Numbered from the whole stretch's first letter, positions 10,412 to 22,924 are shown. The stretch is DNA of 62,103 nucleotides, filler included, from Dehalococcoidia bacterium (GCA_040882355.1; 3 parts of 3 records of this genome joined end to end with filler, not necessarily neighbours in it); one strand, 5' to 3'. Made by a program: numbers and translations. The notes: a model not told the origin generated them from the sequence alone.

Positions 10412-11826
10412 TGCGCGTACTACTTGTCGAAGACGAGGAATCGGAGATCGGCTTTGTTACAGACCAATTCAGAGAGGCTGGCCTCGACGTTAGTGTCGTC
10501 GCTGCCAAATCGAAGATGTCTGCGCTCTCGACGCTCCAAGACGATGAGTTCGACGCGTTCATCTTTGACCTGCGCATCCCAACGCAGGACGGGGCGCTGG
10601 ACAAGCAGGAAGCCCATGGCCTTTCCGTCATTGAGTCGGCCCGCCTATCGTTTCCGGGGACGCCTTTCTGCATACTGACCGGCAAGGGCACACCCGAACT
10701 CATAGGCGAAGCTCTGTCCAATGCCCCAACGCGAGACCTTTTCGGATCAGGAGAGCGTCCCTTGTCCAAATTTTGTAACAAGGTCAACTATGCCCCATGC
10801 ATCGAATGGCTTGCTGAGATTTGCGGCCAAGATAATATCTTGAAGGAAATCGAAATTGTCGGCACGGTCGATGGCCTATCAGTCCAGAGCAAGCGTGCTC
10901 TTCGAATCTTTGCTCGACGGCGTGCGGGTACTATCCTCCGAGTTTCGCCACTTGGAGGTGGTCTCTCGTCAGCCAGCACAATGCGCGCCCAAGTTTACGA
11001 TAAAGATGATGGCATTACAGCCACGGTTGTTGTCAAACTTGCTCCGCTTGATCGGATCGAAGACGAACGACTGCGTTATGAGACACTCATTACGCGTCTA
11101 GCGTCCGGGGCGTTTGCTCACTATGTTGATAACGTCGTCGCCGGCTGTGGCCGCACAGGAGGACTGTTCTATCGCCTCGCCGAAGATTACGTTAGCCTCT
11201 TCGACGCCCTACAAGCCGCTCCCATGTCGGGCGCATCAATAGTCCAACGGCTTAGGGATCTTCAGGAACCGTGGCGTCGAGACAAGTCATCTCACGCAGT
11301 TCAAATCGGCGCCCTTCGCCGGTCATTTATGGCTGACAGTGAGTTCGACGAGCATCAGCCTGCCCTCCCGGGCGTCGTGCTCAAGGATGTGGAGGCGAAA
11401 ACGATCCAGGTTCGCGAGTTCTGCCAGCATGGCGACCTTCACGGGGAGAACGTTCTCATAGACTCGCACTCACAGCCCCTACTAATTGACTATGGTGACG
11501 TCCGAATGGCGACGGCTTCCCTGGATCCAGTCACTCTAGAGCTCAGCCTTGCATTTCACCCAGAGGGGAGGGCAGTTAGCGGTGGGTGGCCAAGCACTGA
11601 TGCGGCCAGCCGCTGGGCAGAGCTCGACGAGTACACTCGCGACTGCCCGTTTGCGGACTTCGTCAATGCCTGCCGCGAATGGGCCCTGGACGATTCATTG
11701 AGTCAGTATGCCGTTTATGCGAATGCCTACGGATACGCGGTTCGTCAGCTCCGCTTCCAGGACGTTGATCCCAATCTCGCCCTGGCCGTAGCTGGCTCGG
11801 CCTGTACCAAGCTCCTAAGCAGTTAG
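10408..11826 (+). CDS. Response regulator: receiver domain fused to APH/protein-kinase-like domain
   Basis: VLLVEDE, IFDLRIP, ILTG; LGGGLS, VVVKL, HGDLHGENVLID, IDYG; ATGA overlap with kinase gene. Confidence 0.88.
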   Translation: MMRVLLVEDEESEIGFVTDQFREAGLDVSVVAAKSKMSALSTLQDDEFDAFIFDLRIPTQDGALDKQEAHGLSVIESARLSFPGTPFCILTGKGTPELIGEALSNAPTRDLFGSGERPLSKFCNKVNYAPCIEWLAEICGQDNILKEIEIVGTVDGLSVQSKRALRIFARRRAGTILRVSPLGGGLSSASTMRAQVYDKDDGITATVVVKLAPLDRIEDERLRYETLITRLASGAFAHYVDNVVAGCGRTGGLFYRLAEDYVSLFDALQAAPMSGASIVQRLRDLQEPWRRDKSSHAVQIGALRRSFMADSEFDEHQPALPGVVLKDVEAKTIQVREFCQHGDLHGENVLIDSHSQPLLIDYGDVRMATASLDPVTLELSLAFHPEGRAVSGGWPSTDAASRWAELDEYTRDCPFADFVNACREWALDDSLSQYAVYANAYGYAVRQLRFQDVDPNLALAVAGSACTKLLSS

Positions 11827-12206
11827 CGGCGAGTAGGCGGTTGAGGCGGCGATCGACACCGACGCGCTTGTCGAGGACGTACGCGGCCCGGCGCCCTCAG
11901 CGCCTCTCAAGCTCACCGTCCGCGACGCGCTGGGGATCAGAGCTACGGCCACCCTCGCCCTCTACGCGCCGCCAAGCGCGGCGGCGCCCACGCAGGCGGG
12001 CGAGGGACGGTGAGGGGCGGCGCAAAAGAGCATCGGCGTAGACAAAGAAGACGCGTTTTTGCGAAACAAATCCCTGCCCGCCTCGGGGCGCCGCCGGCCA
12101 GCGCCGGGCGCCGCTTCGAGCCGCGCCCCGAGCACGTCATCCGCTACGATAGAGGCGGACGGTCCTGAGGTCGTCGCGAGGCGACCCTAGCGCAAGGAGC
12201 CCCGCC

Positions 12207-15005
<2,799 letters not shown>

Positions 15006-15017
15006 GCCGGCGCTAGG

Positions 15018-15419
15018 TCAGCTTGGCTGGTGCATCAGCAGGGTGGGGACGTCGCTATAGTCCTGGAGGTTTCGAGTCACGACTGTCAGGCTGTGCTCGA
15101 GAGCCGTCGCGGCGATGAGGAGGTCAAGTGCCCGCCTTTGGACTTGTTTCTGCTGAGCACGAAGCGTCTCCCGAAGCTCCGCGCAGCGCCGTGCAATGGA
15201 GAGGGAAATGGGCAGAACGGGAACGTTCTCGAGGAAGCGAGACAATTCCTCCTCCGCGTCCTGCCTCCTCGGGTTCCTGGCCACACCCTGATACACCTCC
15301 ATGTAGGTGACAATGCTAATGGCGATGCCTTCGTCGGCCAGATTCAGGAGGAGTTGAAGAGCGTCAGGCTCGCCTTCGAGGTAGTCGATGACCCAGTCGG
15401 AGTCGACCAGGTAGCGCAT
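15018..15419 (-). CDS. vapC: PIN-domain (VapC-family) toxin
   Basis: YLVDSD, TYMEV, DLLIAATAL, VTRNLQDY. Confidence 0.92.
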   Translation of the reverse strand: MRYLVDSDWVIDYLEGEPDALQLLLNLADEGIAISIVTYMEVYQGVARNPRRQDAEEELSRFLENVPVLPISLSIARRCAELRETLRAQQKQVQRRALDLLIAATALEHSLTVVTRNLQDYSDVPTLLMHQPS

Positions 15420-15421
15420 GC

Positions 15422-15814
15422 TCAGGCCGGACGGCCACGGCTTTGTTGCTCGCGGCCAGTCCGGATGTCCCGCTTCAGAGCCTCCCGGTCAATGCCTGCC
15501 AGCACACCAGCAGCTCGTCGAAGGGCCCTTTTGACCTTAGCTGGATCGTAGTCGGCCCAGATGTCCCGATCTGCGGGCTCCTGCGGGGTCTCCAGCGTCG
15601 TCGCGCGCCTCGCCGTACGGTGCGGCCCGATCAATGCGTCCAACTGCTCACGGGCGATCCTGATCGTTCGCGGTCCCACGCGGTAGGCGGTGAGTCTGCC
15701 CGCGTCGATCCAGCGCCAGATGGTGGTCCGGCTCACATTGAGGACGCTCGCCGCTTCGGCAACGGTGTAGTATGCTCGCTCCTGAGACGCCTCTTGGCTG
15801 GGATTGACCTTCAC
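15422..15814 (-). CDS. Excisionase-like HTH protein, putative antitoxin
   Basis: YYTVAEAASVLNVSRTTIWRWIDAGRLTAYRVG; directly upstream of vapC; GTG start inferred from promoter position. Confidence 0.8.
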   Translation of the reverse strand: MKVNPSQEASQERAYYTVAEAASVLNVSRTTIWRWIDAGRLTAYRVGPRTIRIAREQLDALIGPHRTARRATTLETPQEPADRDIWADYDPAKVKRALRRAAGVLAGIDREALKRDIRTGREQQSRGRPA

Positions 15815-15850
15815 GTTGCATAGGTTATCATTTGTTTCATGCATTGTCAA
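15804..15850. promoter_or_regulatory. Overlapping divergent sigma70-type promoters for the TA pair and modA
   Basis: Minus: TTGACA(15850-45)-17-TAACCT-7-GTG; plus: TTGACC(15804-09)-16-TATCAT-7-ATG. Confidence 0.7.
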
Positions 15851-16660
15851 CGGGCACAAGTAGTTTGGGCCGGGGCGCTGGTAGGCCTCCTCATAGCGGC
15901 CTTCGCCTGCGGTGACAGCGACGAGCGGAGCGGGCCCGGTCCTTCAGGCGACATCACGGTCTTTGCCGCGGCATCGCTCACCGACCCGTTCAACGAGATC
16001 GGGGACGCGTTCGAGGCGGCGAACCCGGACGTGGGCGTGACGTTTCAGTTCGCGGGCAGCCCGGCGCTGCAGACGCAGCTCGCGGAGGGAGCGCGGGCCG
16101 ACGTGCTGGCGACGGCCGACGAGTCGAACTTGGAGGCGGCGCTCGACGCAGGGCTGGTCATCGACGCGGCGCAGCCGTTCGCGCGGAACAAGCTCGCGAT
16201 CATCGTGCCAGCCGACAACCCGGCGAGCATCGAGTCGTGCCTCGATCTGGCGAACGACGGCCTCAAGCTCGTCCTCGCCGCTGAGGAGGTGCCGGCGGGG
16301 AACTACGCGCGTCAGTCGATCGATCTGATGGCGCAGGACCCGACGGCGGGCGCCGGCTTTTCGGAGCGGGTGCTGGCGAACGTGGTCTCGAACGAGCCGA
16401 ACGTGAAGGCGGTCGTCACCAAGGTGCAGCTCGGCGAGGCGGACGCGGGGATCGCGTACGTGACGGACGTGACCCCGGACGTGGCCGCTGACATCACGGT
16501 GATCGAGATCCCGGACGACATGAACGTCATCGCCGTGTATCCTGTCGCTGTGACAAGCGAAGCGGCCGAACCTGAAATCGCAGCGGCCTTCATCGAGTTC
16601 GTCCTCTCGGATGAGGGCCAAGCGATCTTGCGGCAGCACGGGTTCCTGAGGGTGAAATGA
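15839..16660 (+). CDS. modA: Molybdate ABC transporter substrate-binding lipoprotein
   Basis: Lipobox AFAC, VFAAASL, FAGS, VPAGNYA, GEADAGIAYVTD. Confidence 0.93.
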   Translation: MHCQRAQVVWAGALVGLLIAAFACGDSDERSGPGPSGDITVFAAASLTDPFNEIGDAFEAANPDVGVTFQFAGSPALQTQLAEGARADVLATADESNLEAALDAGLVIDAAQPFARNKLAIIVPADNPASIESCLDLANDGLKLVLAAEEVPAGNYARQSIDLMAQDPTAGAGFSERVLANVVSNEPNVKAVVTKVQLGEADAGIAYVTDVTPDVAADITVIEIPDDMNVIAVYPVAVTSEAAEPEIAAAFIEFVLSDEGQAILRQHGFLRVK

Positions 16661-17493
16661 TCGCAGCACAGAGCGCGAGCAAGACACGAACTGCGAGCCG
16701 GCTGGGGCTGGACTGGCTCTTCGCCGCGCCGGCGGCGCTGTTCGTCGCGTTCTTCGCTGTGCCGCTGGCGGCGCTCGGCTGGCGCGCGCTCGAGAGCGGC
16801 GAGCTCGCCGACAACCTCACGTCCAGCCTCGTGCTCGACGCGCTGCGACTGAGCGCGATCACGAGCACGTTCACGCTCGTCATCGCGATCATCGTGGGTA
16901 CGCCGCTGGCCTACCTGCTGGCGCGACGGACGTTCCCCGGCAAGTTCCTCGTCGACCTGCTGCTTGACCTGCCGATCGTGCTGCCGCCGACGGTTGCCGG
17001 CGTCGCGCTGCTGGTCGCGCTGGGCCGGCGCGGGGTCATCGGTGACCCGCTGGACGCCGCCGGCTATGACATCGCCTTCACGACGACGGCCGTGGTGCTG
17101 GCGCAGCTCTTCGTGTCGGCGCCGTTCTACATTCGCACGGTGAAGGCCGGCTTCGACGCCGTCGAGCCGGCGTATGAAGGCGTCGCGTGGACGCTGGGCG
17201 CGTCGCCCTGGCGCACGTTCCGGCGCGTCACGCTGCCGCTCGCCTGGCCGTCCGTGGTCGCCGGGGCGATCCTGTGCTGGGCGCGGGCGCTGAGCGAGCT
17301 GGGGGCGACGCTCATCTTCGCGGGCAACTTCCAGGGCCGCACCCAGACGATGCCGCTGGCGATCATCAGCGCCTTCGAGTCCGGCCGCTCGATCGACGTG
17401 GCGATCGCGCTCTCGGTGATTCTTGTCGTGGCCGCCGCCATCCTGCTGCTGCTGCTGCGAGTGTTGGCGCGCACCGCGCCCTCATCGCTCTGA
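16657..17493 (+). CDS. modB: Molybdate ABC transporter permease
   Basis: DLPIVLPPTVAG, TLGAS, WARALSELGAT, TMPLAI. Confidence 0.93.
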   Translation: MIAAQSASKTRTASRLGLDWLFAAPAALFVAFFAVPLAALGWRALESGELADNLTSSLVLDALRLSAITSTFTLVIAIIVGTPLAYLLARRTFPGKFLVDLLLDLPIVLPPTVAGVALLVALGRRGVIGDPLDAAGYDIAFTTTAVVLAQLFVSAPFYIRTVKAGFDAVEPAYEGVAWTLGASPWRTFRRVTLPLAWPSVVAGAILCWARALSELGATLIFAGNFQGRTQTMPLAIISAFESGRSIDVAIALSVILVVAAAILLLLLRVLARTAPSSL

Positions 17494-18599
17494 TGTTCCG
17501 CATCGAGATCGATACCCAGGTAGGCGACTTTCGCCTCCAGCCGCGCTTCGAAGCGGGCAACGAGCTGGTGGTGCTTTTCGGGCCGTCCGGCTGCGGCAAG
17601 TCGCTGACGTTGCAGGCGGTCGCGGGGCTGCTGACGCCCGCGTCGGGCCGGATCGAGCTGCCGGGCGGCGTCGTCGCGTTCGACAGCGAGGCGAAGACCA
17701 ACGTGCCGCCGCAGGACCGCAACGTGGGTTATCTGGTGCAGGAGCTGGCGCTCTTCCCGCACATGAGCGCGCGCCAGAACATTGAGTTCTCGATCGCCGG
17801 ATGGCCGGCGGAACGGCGAAGCCAACGCGTCGCGCATTTGATCGAGATGTTCGGCCTGGAAGGACTGGAGGAGCGCCGCCCACGCGAAATCTCGGGCGGG
17901 CAGCAGCAGCGCGTCGCGCTCGCTCGAGCGCTGGCCGCCGAGCCGTCCCTCCTGCTCCTGGACGAGCCGTTCTCGGCGCTCGACGCGTCGATTCGCCAGA
18001 AGCTGCGCCGCGAGCTCACCGAGCTGCGGCGCAATCTGGAGCTGACGGCGCTGTTCGTCACGCACGACCTGGCAGAGGTGTATGCGCTCGCGGACAGGGT
18101 GGTGATCTACGACGACGGCCGCGTGCTTCAGCAGGGCACGCGTGAGGAGGTCTTCCGCCGGCCCGCGTCGCGTCGCGTCGCCGAGCTGACGGAGGTGCGG
18201 AACGTCGTACCGGGCGTCATTCAGGCGTACGCGGACGGCGTGGCGGTTGTGGAGACGCCGTGGTTCACGGCGCGCGTGCCCGATGACGCCGGCATCTTCC
18301 GGGGCGACGTCTGCATCTGCATCCGGCCGGAGCACATCATCGTGCTCAAGGAGGACCGCGACCCGCAGGGCTACACCGATACCGTCATCGAGACGGAGAT
18401 TATCGACGAGGTCGCCACGGGCAGCTCGCACCGCCTGCTCATGCGCACGACGGCGGCCAATTCGATCGCCGAGCCGTTCGTCTTCGAGGTCGATGTGCCG
18501 GCGCACCCGTACGCGGTGCTGGGCATCGCTTCGAGTCGCAACTGGCGGGTCGTGCTGAGCGCGGAGTGGATGTCGCTTGTGCCGCGGGAGTCGAGTTGA
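17493..18599 (+). CDS. modC: Molybdate ABC transporter ATPase
   Basis: GPSGCGKS, ISGGQQQR, LLDEPFSALD; TGATG coupling to modB. Confidence 0.9.
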   Translation: MFRIEIDTQVGDFRLQPRFEAGNELVVLFGPSGCGKSLTLQAVAGLLTPASGRIELPGGVVAFDSEAKTNVPPQDRNVGYLVQELALFPHMSARQNIEFSIAGWPAERRSQRVAHLIEMFGLEGLEERRPREISGGQQQRVALARALAAEPSLLLLDEPFSALDASIRQKLRRELTELRRNLELTALFVTHDLAEVYALADRVVIYDDGRVLQQGTREEVFRRPASRRVAELTEVRNVVPGVIQAYADGVAVVETPWFTARVPDDAGIFRGDVCICIRPEHIIVLKEDRDPQGYTDTVIETEIIDEVATGSSHRLLMRTTAANSIAEPFVFEVDVPAHPYAVLGIASSRNWRVVLSAEWMSLVPRESS

Positions 18600-18632
18600 C
18601 ATTTGCCGGACGCGGCGCGCCTGGAGTAAGAT

Positions 18633-18830
18633 GGCAGGGCCGCTCTGAGCGGCGACGATGAACAGAGCAGAGATGGATAGCGACGACAGTAAACCCGGGC
18701 ATAGTACCAAGGCTGAGCCGGAGATCGATCAGTCTCGATCCTGCTGCGCGGAGGGCCTAGCGTTGTAAACGCCGCTACGGCGTGCACTGCTGCCCCGGCG
18801 TAGCTCGGCCACGCCGGGGCTTTCGTTTGT
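18633..18830 (+). ncRNA. Unclassified structured RNA upstream of mgtE (attenuator/riboswitch or 6S-like sRNA)
   Basis: Promoter-like TTGCCG-18-TAAGAT (18603-18632), end-to-end complementarity, terminal terminator. Confidence 0.5.
18792..18830 (+). terminator. Intrinsic terminator
   Basis: GCCCCGGCGT-9 nt-ACGCCGGGGC followed by TTTCGTTTGT. Confidence 0.85.
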
Positions 18831-18873
18831 CCCGCGCATGGCTCTGGCCGGCTCGGCTCGAGAGGAGGGCGCC

Positions 18874-20220
18874 ATGGCGCAGCAGTACCGCGTTGTCCCG
18901 GACGAGCTGCCGGAGCTCCTGGCGAAGGGGAGCCCCGAAGAGATCGCGGAAGCGCTCGATGCGCTCCACCCGGCGGACCAGGCCGGGGCGTTCGCCAAGC
19001 TGGAGCCGAGCGAGCGCGAACAGGTACTGGCGCTCCTCCGGCCCGAAGACCTGGCCCGGCTGATCGAGCACCTGGACGAAGAGAGCCGCGAGGAGCTCGT
19101 CGCGAAGCTGCCCCGGGCCGTGCTCGCCAGGGTCCTCGACTATATGACGAGCGACGAGGCGGCGGACGTGCTCCAGGAGCTCCCGCCGGCTGAGGTGGCG
19201 CGTCTGCTGGCATCGATGGAGACGGCGGGCGAAGTGGCGCCGCTGCTCCGGCACGCGCCGGAGAGCGCCGGCGGGCTGATGACGCGCGGCTACGTCGCTC
19301 TGCACCACGAGATGACGGTGCAGGAGGCGATCAACTACCTGCGCCTGCGCCAGCCGGCCGCCCAGGACCCGTATTACCTCTACGTGCTGGACGCGGCAAA
19401 CCGTCTGCAGGGCATCGTCAGCCTTCGAGAGCTGATCATCGCGGAGCCTGCCACGCGGATCCCGGCGATCATGACCACGGAGGTGGTCTCGGTGCCACCG
19501 GGCACCGACCAGGAGGAGTGCGCGCGGCTGATCCAGCGCTACCGCTTTCGCACGCTGCCCGTCGTCGACGAGGACGGCGTACTGCAGGGCATCGTCACGA
19601 TCGACGACCTGATCGACGTCGTGACCGAAGAGGCGACCGAGGACATGTACCGCATGGCGGGCGTTGGCGTGAAGGAGTGGGCGTTCAGCCCGCTCCGCGA
19701 GTCGATCTTCCGCCGGGTGCCGTGGCTGGCGTTCAACATGGTCTGGGCCTTCGCGGGGGCGCTGGTGATCAGCCTGTTCAAGGGGACGCTGGAGCAGGCG
19801 GCCGCGGTCGCGATCTTCATGCCGATGATCGCGGGCCAGGCCGGCAACGCCGGCATTCAGACGGCGACGATCGTCGTGCGGTCGATGGCGCTGGGCGAAG
19901 TGCAGACGCGCGACGCGGCACGGCTTTTGGCGAAAGAGCTGGCGATGGGCGCCATCAAGGGTGCCCTGTTCGGCGCCGTGCTAGGGCTAATCGCGTGGCT
20001 GTGGCAGGGCAATCCGACGCTCGGCATCGTCGCGGGCGCTGCTCTCTTCCTCAACATGCTGGTGGCCGCGACGTGTGGCGTGCTGGTGCCGATGACGATG
20101 CGCCGGCTCGGGTTCGACCCGGCCACGATCGCCGGCGTCTTCGACACCATGCTGACGGACCTCATGGGGTTCGTGATCTACCTGGGCCTGGCGACGGCCG
20201 TGGTCTCGCACCTCGACTAG
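18874..20220 (+). CDS. mgtE: Magnesium transporter
   Basis: ESAGGLMT, CBS pair, GQAGNAGIQTAT, FDPATIAG; SD GAGGAGG. Confidence 0.95.
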   Translation: MAQQYRVVPDELPELLAKGSPEEIAEALDALHPADQAGAFAKLEPSEREQVLALLRPEDLARLIEHLDEESREELVAKLPRAVLARVLDYMTSDEAADVLQELPPAEVARLLASMETAGEVAPLLRHAPESAGGLMTRGYVALHHEMTVQEAINYLRLRQPAAQDPYYLYVLDAANRLQGIVSLRELIIAEPATRIPAIMTTEVVSVPPGTDQEECARLIQRYRFRTLPVVDEDGVLQGIVTIDDLIDVVTEEATEDMYRMAGVGVKEWAFSPLRESIFRRVPWLAFNMVWAFAGALVISLFKGTLEQAAAVAIFMPMIAGQAGNAGIQTATIVVRSMALGEVQTRDAARLLAKELAMGAIKGALFGAVLGLIAWLWQGNPTLGIVAGAALFLNMLVAATCGVLVPMTMRRLGFDPATIAGVFDTMLTDLMGFVIYLGLATAVVSHLD

Positions 20221-20336
20221 CGCGCTACCTGGGGCGGCTTGCGCCTGGGGCGAGGCCAAGTGGCAGGAGGGTCTTCGCCCCAGGCAGCCGGGAGTACGGT
20301 AGGAGGTCGCAGGCAACGAGCGCTGGTGAGGGAAGC

Positions 20337-20411
20337 TGGAGCGGGGGAAGGGACTCGAACCCTCGACAGCCTGCTTGGAAGGCAGGAGCTCTACCACTGA
20401 GCTACCCCCGC
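20337..20411 (-). tRNA. tRNA-Gly (TCC)
   Basis: GCGGGGG/CCCCCGC acceptor stem, TAGCTCAGTGGTAGAGC, CCTGC-CTTCCAA-GCAGG, GGTTCGAGTCC, encoded CCA. Confidence 0.97.
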
Positions 20412-20527
20412 TCGATATTAGCTTCCGCCAGAGGCGATAACTGGACGGCGCTTGACGCACAGCGCTCCGACAGACGATAATTGTGCCGCCTGGCAAGACG
20501 GTTCAATACCGAGAGAGGGATCGGCCC

Positions 20528-21490
20528 ATGCGTCAAGCAGCATCACGTACCAGTGAACCACTGGCGGCTAGCGGTGTCAACGTCGAGGACGCCATCGCGA
20601 GCTTCGCCCGCTACCTGAAGGCGGCGAACCGCTCGCCCAAGACCGTAGACACCTACACCGAGAGCACCCGACAGCTCGCGGCGTTCCTGCGCGAGCACGG
20701 GATGCCGACCGACGTGGTGCTCCTGCGCCGCGAGCACATCGAGACGTTCGTCCTCGACCTCCTGGAGCGCCGGAAGCCCGCGACCGCGAACAACCGCTAT
20801 CGCGGCGTCCAAGCCTTCTTCAAGTTCCTGCTGGAGGACGGCGAGATCGCGGAGTCGCCGATGGCGAGGATGACCCCACCGACGGTGCCGGACGAGCCAC
20901 CCCCGGTCCTCCGCGCCGAGGAGGTGCGGGCATTGCTGGCGACCTGCGAGCGCGGGCGGACGTTCGAGGAGCGGCGCGACTTTGCGATCCTGCTGACGCT
21001 CTACGACACCGGCGGGCGGCGCGCCGAGGTCGCCCGGCTGCGGCTGCACGCCGAGGACAAGACGGACGGCGACGTCGACCTGGAGCGGGGCGTCCTCTAC
21101 GTAGTCGGGAAGGGACGGCGCCCGCGGCCGGTCAAGATCGGCGCCAAGGCCGTCCGCGCCATCGACCGTTACCTGCGCCTGCGCAACCGGCACCCGAGCG
21201 CTGGCCTACCCTGGCTCTGGGTCGGCTCGAAGGGCTGTTTCAGCGACTCCGGCATCGCTCAGATGGTGCGGCGGCGCGGGCACGAGGCTGGCCTGGGCGA
21301 CAACATCCACCCGCACCTGCTGCGCCACAGCTTCGCTCACGAGTTCTTGAGTAACGGCGGTCAAGAGACGGATCTGATGCAGCTCGCGGGCTGGCGCTCC
21401 CGCACGATGGTCAGCCGCTACGCGCGCAGCACGGCAACGGAGCGCGCCCTGGAGGCTCACCAGCGGCTGAGCCCTGGAGATGCGCTGTGA
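20528..21490 (+). CDS. Tyrosine recombinase/integrase
   Basis: [25 protein letters not shown] (W for second His), SRYA. Confidence 0.95.
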   Translation: MRQAASRTSEPLAASGVNVEDAIASFARYLKAANRSPKTVDTYTESTRQLAAFLREHGMPTDVVLLRREHIETFVLDLLERRKPATANNRYRGVQAFFKFLLEDGEIAESPMARMTPPTVPDEPPPVLRAEEVRALLATCERGRTFEERRDFAILLTLYDTGGRRAEVARLRLHAEDKTDGDVDLERGVLYVVGKGRRPRPVKIGAKAVRAIDRYLRLRNRHPSAGLPWLWVGSKGCFSDSGIAQMVRRRGHEAGLGDNIHPHLLRHSFAHEFLSNGGQETDLMQLAGWRSRTMVSRYARSTATERALEAHQRLSPGDAL

Positions 21491-22014
21491 CCCTGCCGGC
21501 CGCGGCAGGAGATGCCGAGGGCTACGTACGTTGCTCACATTGCCGAAAGCGGCTGACCATCATCGTTGACTTGCAGGGCCCCAGTCCGGCGGTGTACCTC
21601 GCCGGACGATACTGGACGACGGCCACCACCTCACGCGAGGCGGACGACACGCGTTTGCACGTCTGGCAGCACGGGAGGACCCGTCGGTGGCGCGATCGCG
21701 CTGGCCTGGAGACCGGTGTCGGGTGGCTTGCATCGCTACCGGCGATCATCGTCTGTGACAACGCCGCGTGTCGCCACCCAAGCATCCTAACCGGCAGGCA
21801 GCTCCGGGTTCGCTCGGCGTCGCCGCTCCACTACAGCACCTGCGCAGAGCTGGGGTGCTCCATGACCGTCTACCGACCCGCCGCATTCTGTCACGAACAC
21901 GGCGGTGGCCAGCGAAAGGCGATCCGTCGGTTGCCAGGTGTGAAGCATCGGCTGACAGGCCATGACCGAGAGCGACTCGCCGCCCTGCGTTTGACGGGTA
22001 GTGGGCCAGTGTAG
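21487..22014 (+). CDS. Hypothetical Cys-rich protein
   Basis: GTGA overlap with integrase; CSHC, CDNAAC, CAELGC, FCHEH clusters. Confidence 0.5.
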   Translation: MTLPAAAGDAEGYVRCSHCRKRLTIIVDLQGPSPAVYLAGRYWTTATTSREADDTRLHVWQHGRTRRWRDRAGLETGVGWLASLPAIIVCDNAACRHPSILTGRQLRVRSASPLHYSTCAELGCSMTVYRPAAFCHEHGGGQRKAIRRLPGVKHRLTGHDRERLAALRLTGSGPV

Positions 22015-22156
22015 AATTGATCAGGCAAGAGCTCAGTTGACATGCCGCGTTGGGTGGGGTTACTCTTGAAGCGATGCCAACTCAGCGCAGGGAGCGCGCA
22101 GGCTGGTGGTTTAAGAACTCGGCAACCCCGCCGATGATAGCGACAGAGGCGTTCCA

Positions 22157-22468
22157 ATGGTAGCCATGCCGATGCCCGCGCCGGTGCTCCGAAAGAGAGC
22201 ACGGAGATTCTTCACCTCGGATGCGACGCCACCCGAGCTAGAGTGGGTTGCGAATCTCAGCCCCCTCCATTTCCGGCTGTTTGTGGTAGAATTGCATGAA
22301 GCGCTCTCTAACTCCCTAATTCGCAAGGGCAATGGCGAGCGGCTGCGCGAGGTGATCGAGGACTGGCAGGCGACAGCAGAGATCGACGCCGATCCCGATC
22401 TGGCCAAGAAGCTGAGGACGCCGCGCAGCGAGAAGTCCTACCGTGAGTGGAACCCCCCAGGCGACTAA
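22157..22468 (+). CDS. Putative antitoxin
   Basis: Overlaps downstream RelE-like gene; VIEDWQATAEIDADPDL; TTGACA-18-TACTCT at 22037-22066. Confidence 0.7.
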   Translation: MVAMPMPAPVLRKRARRFFTSDATPPELEWVANLSPLHFRLFVVELHEALSNSLIRKGNGERLREVIEDWQATAEIDADPDLAKKLRTPRSEKSYREWNPPGD

Positions 22469-22763
22469 GCCCGCGTACAAGGTGCAGATCGAGGATGAGG
22501 CCTGGGAAGGCCTCTCTTCTTTACCCGAAAGTCAGCAGGACAAGGTATTCGCTGTCAACAAGAATCACCTTCAGCACCATCCCACGCAGCCGATCCCCGG
22601 CAAGCTGAAGCGCCTCAAGGGAGAGTACAGCGCCTACTTTCAGTTCGAAATTACAGACTCGCAGCGAATGATCTACACGGTCGATGAGGAGACTAAGACG
22701 GTCTACGTCGAGTACATCGGCAGGCATCCCGAATGGAAACGGCGGCGGAGCCGTGCCTACTAG
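22443..22763 (+). CDS. RelE/ParE-superfamily toxin
   Basis: YKVQI, KRLKG, QRMIYTVDE..VYVEYIGRH. Confidence 0.82.
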   Translation: MSGTPQATKPAYKVQIEDEAWEGLSSLPESQQDKVFAVNKNHLQHHPTQPIPGKLKRLKGEYSAYFQFEITDSQRMIYTVDEETKTVYVEYIGRHPEWKRRRSRAY

Positions 22764-22924
22764 GTTGACGATCCGGCCCCAGTTACCGCTTGACGTGAGC
22801 GCTGTGCCTCGGCTATCATTCGGCAAGTCAAGATAGAACTCAAGACCGGATAGAGCGGTCCTTTCCGCCACCGCAGCGCCCCAGGAGCGGCGCCCCGGAA
22901 GGCTCAGGGAAGGGCCGTTTTCTG

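Noticed and set aside
11905..11940. Short similarity (CTCACCGTCCGCGACGCGCTGGGG) to internal acnA segments
   Set aside because: Too short and GC-rich to separate from chance by eye
18633..18830. M-box (ykoK) riboswitch call
   Set aside because: Expected from position, but the consensus blocks are not recognisable; left unclassified
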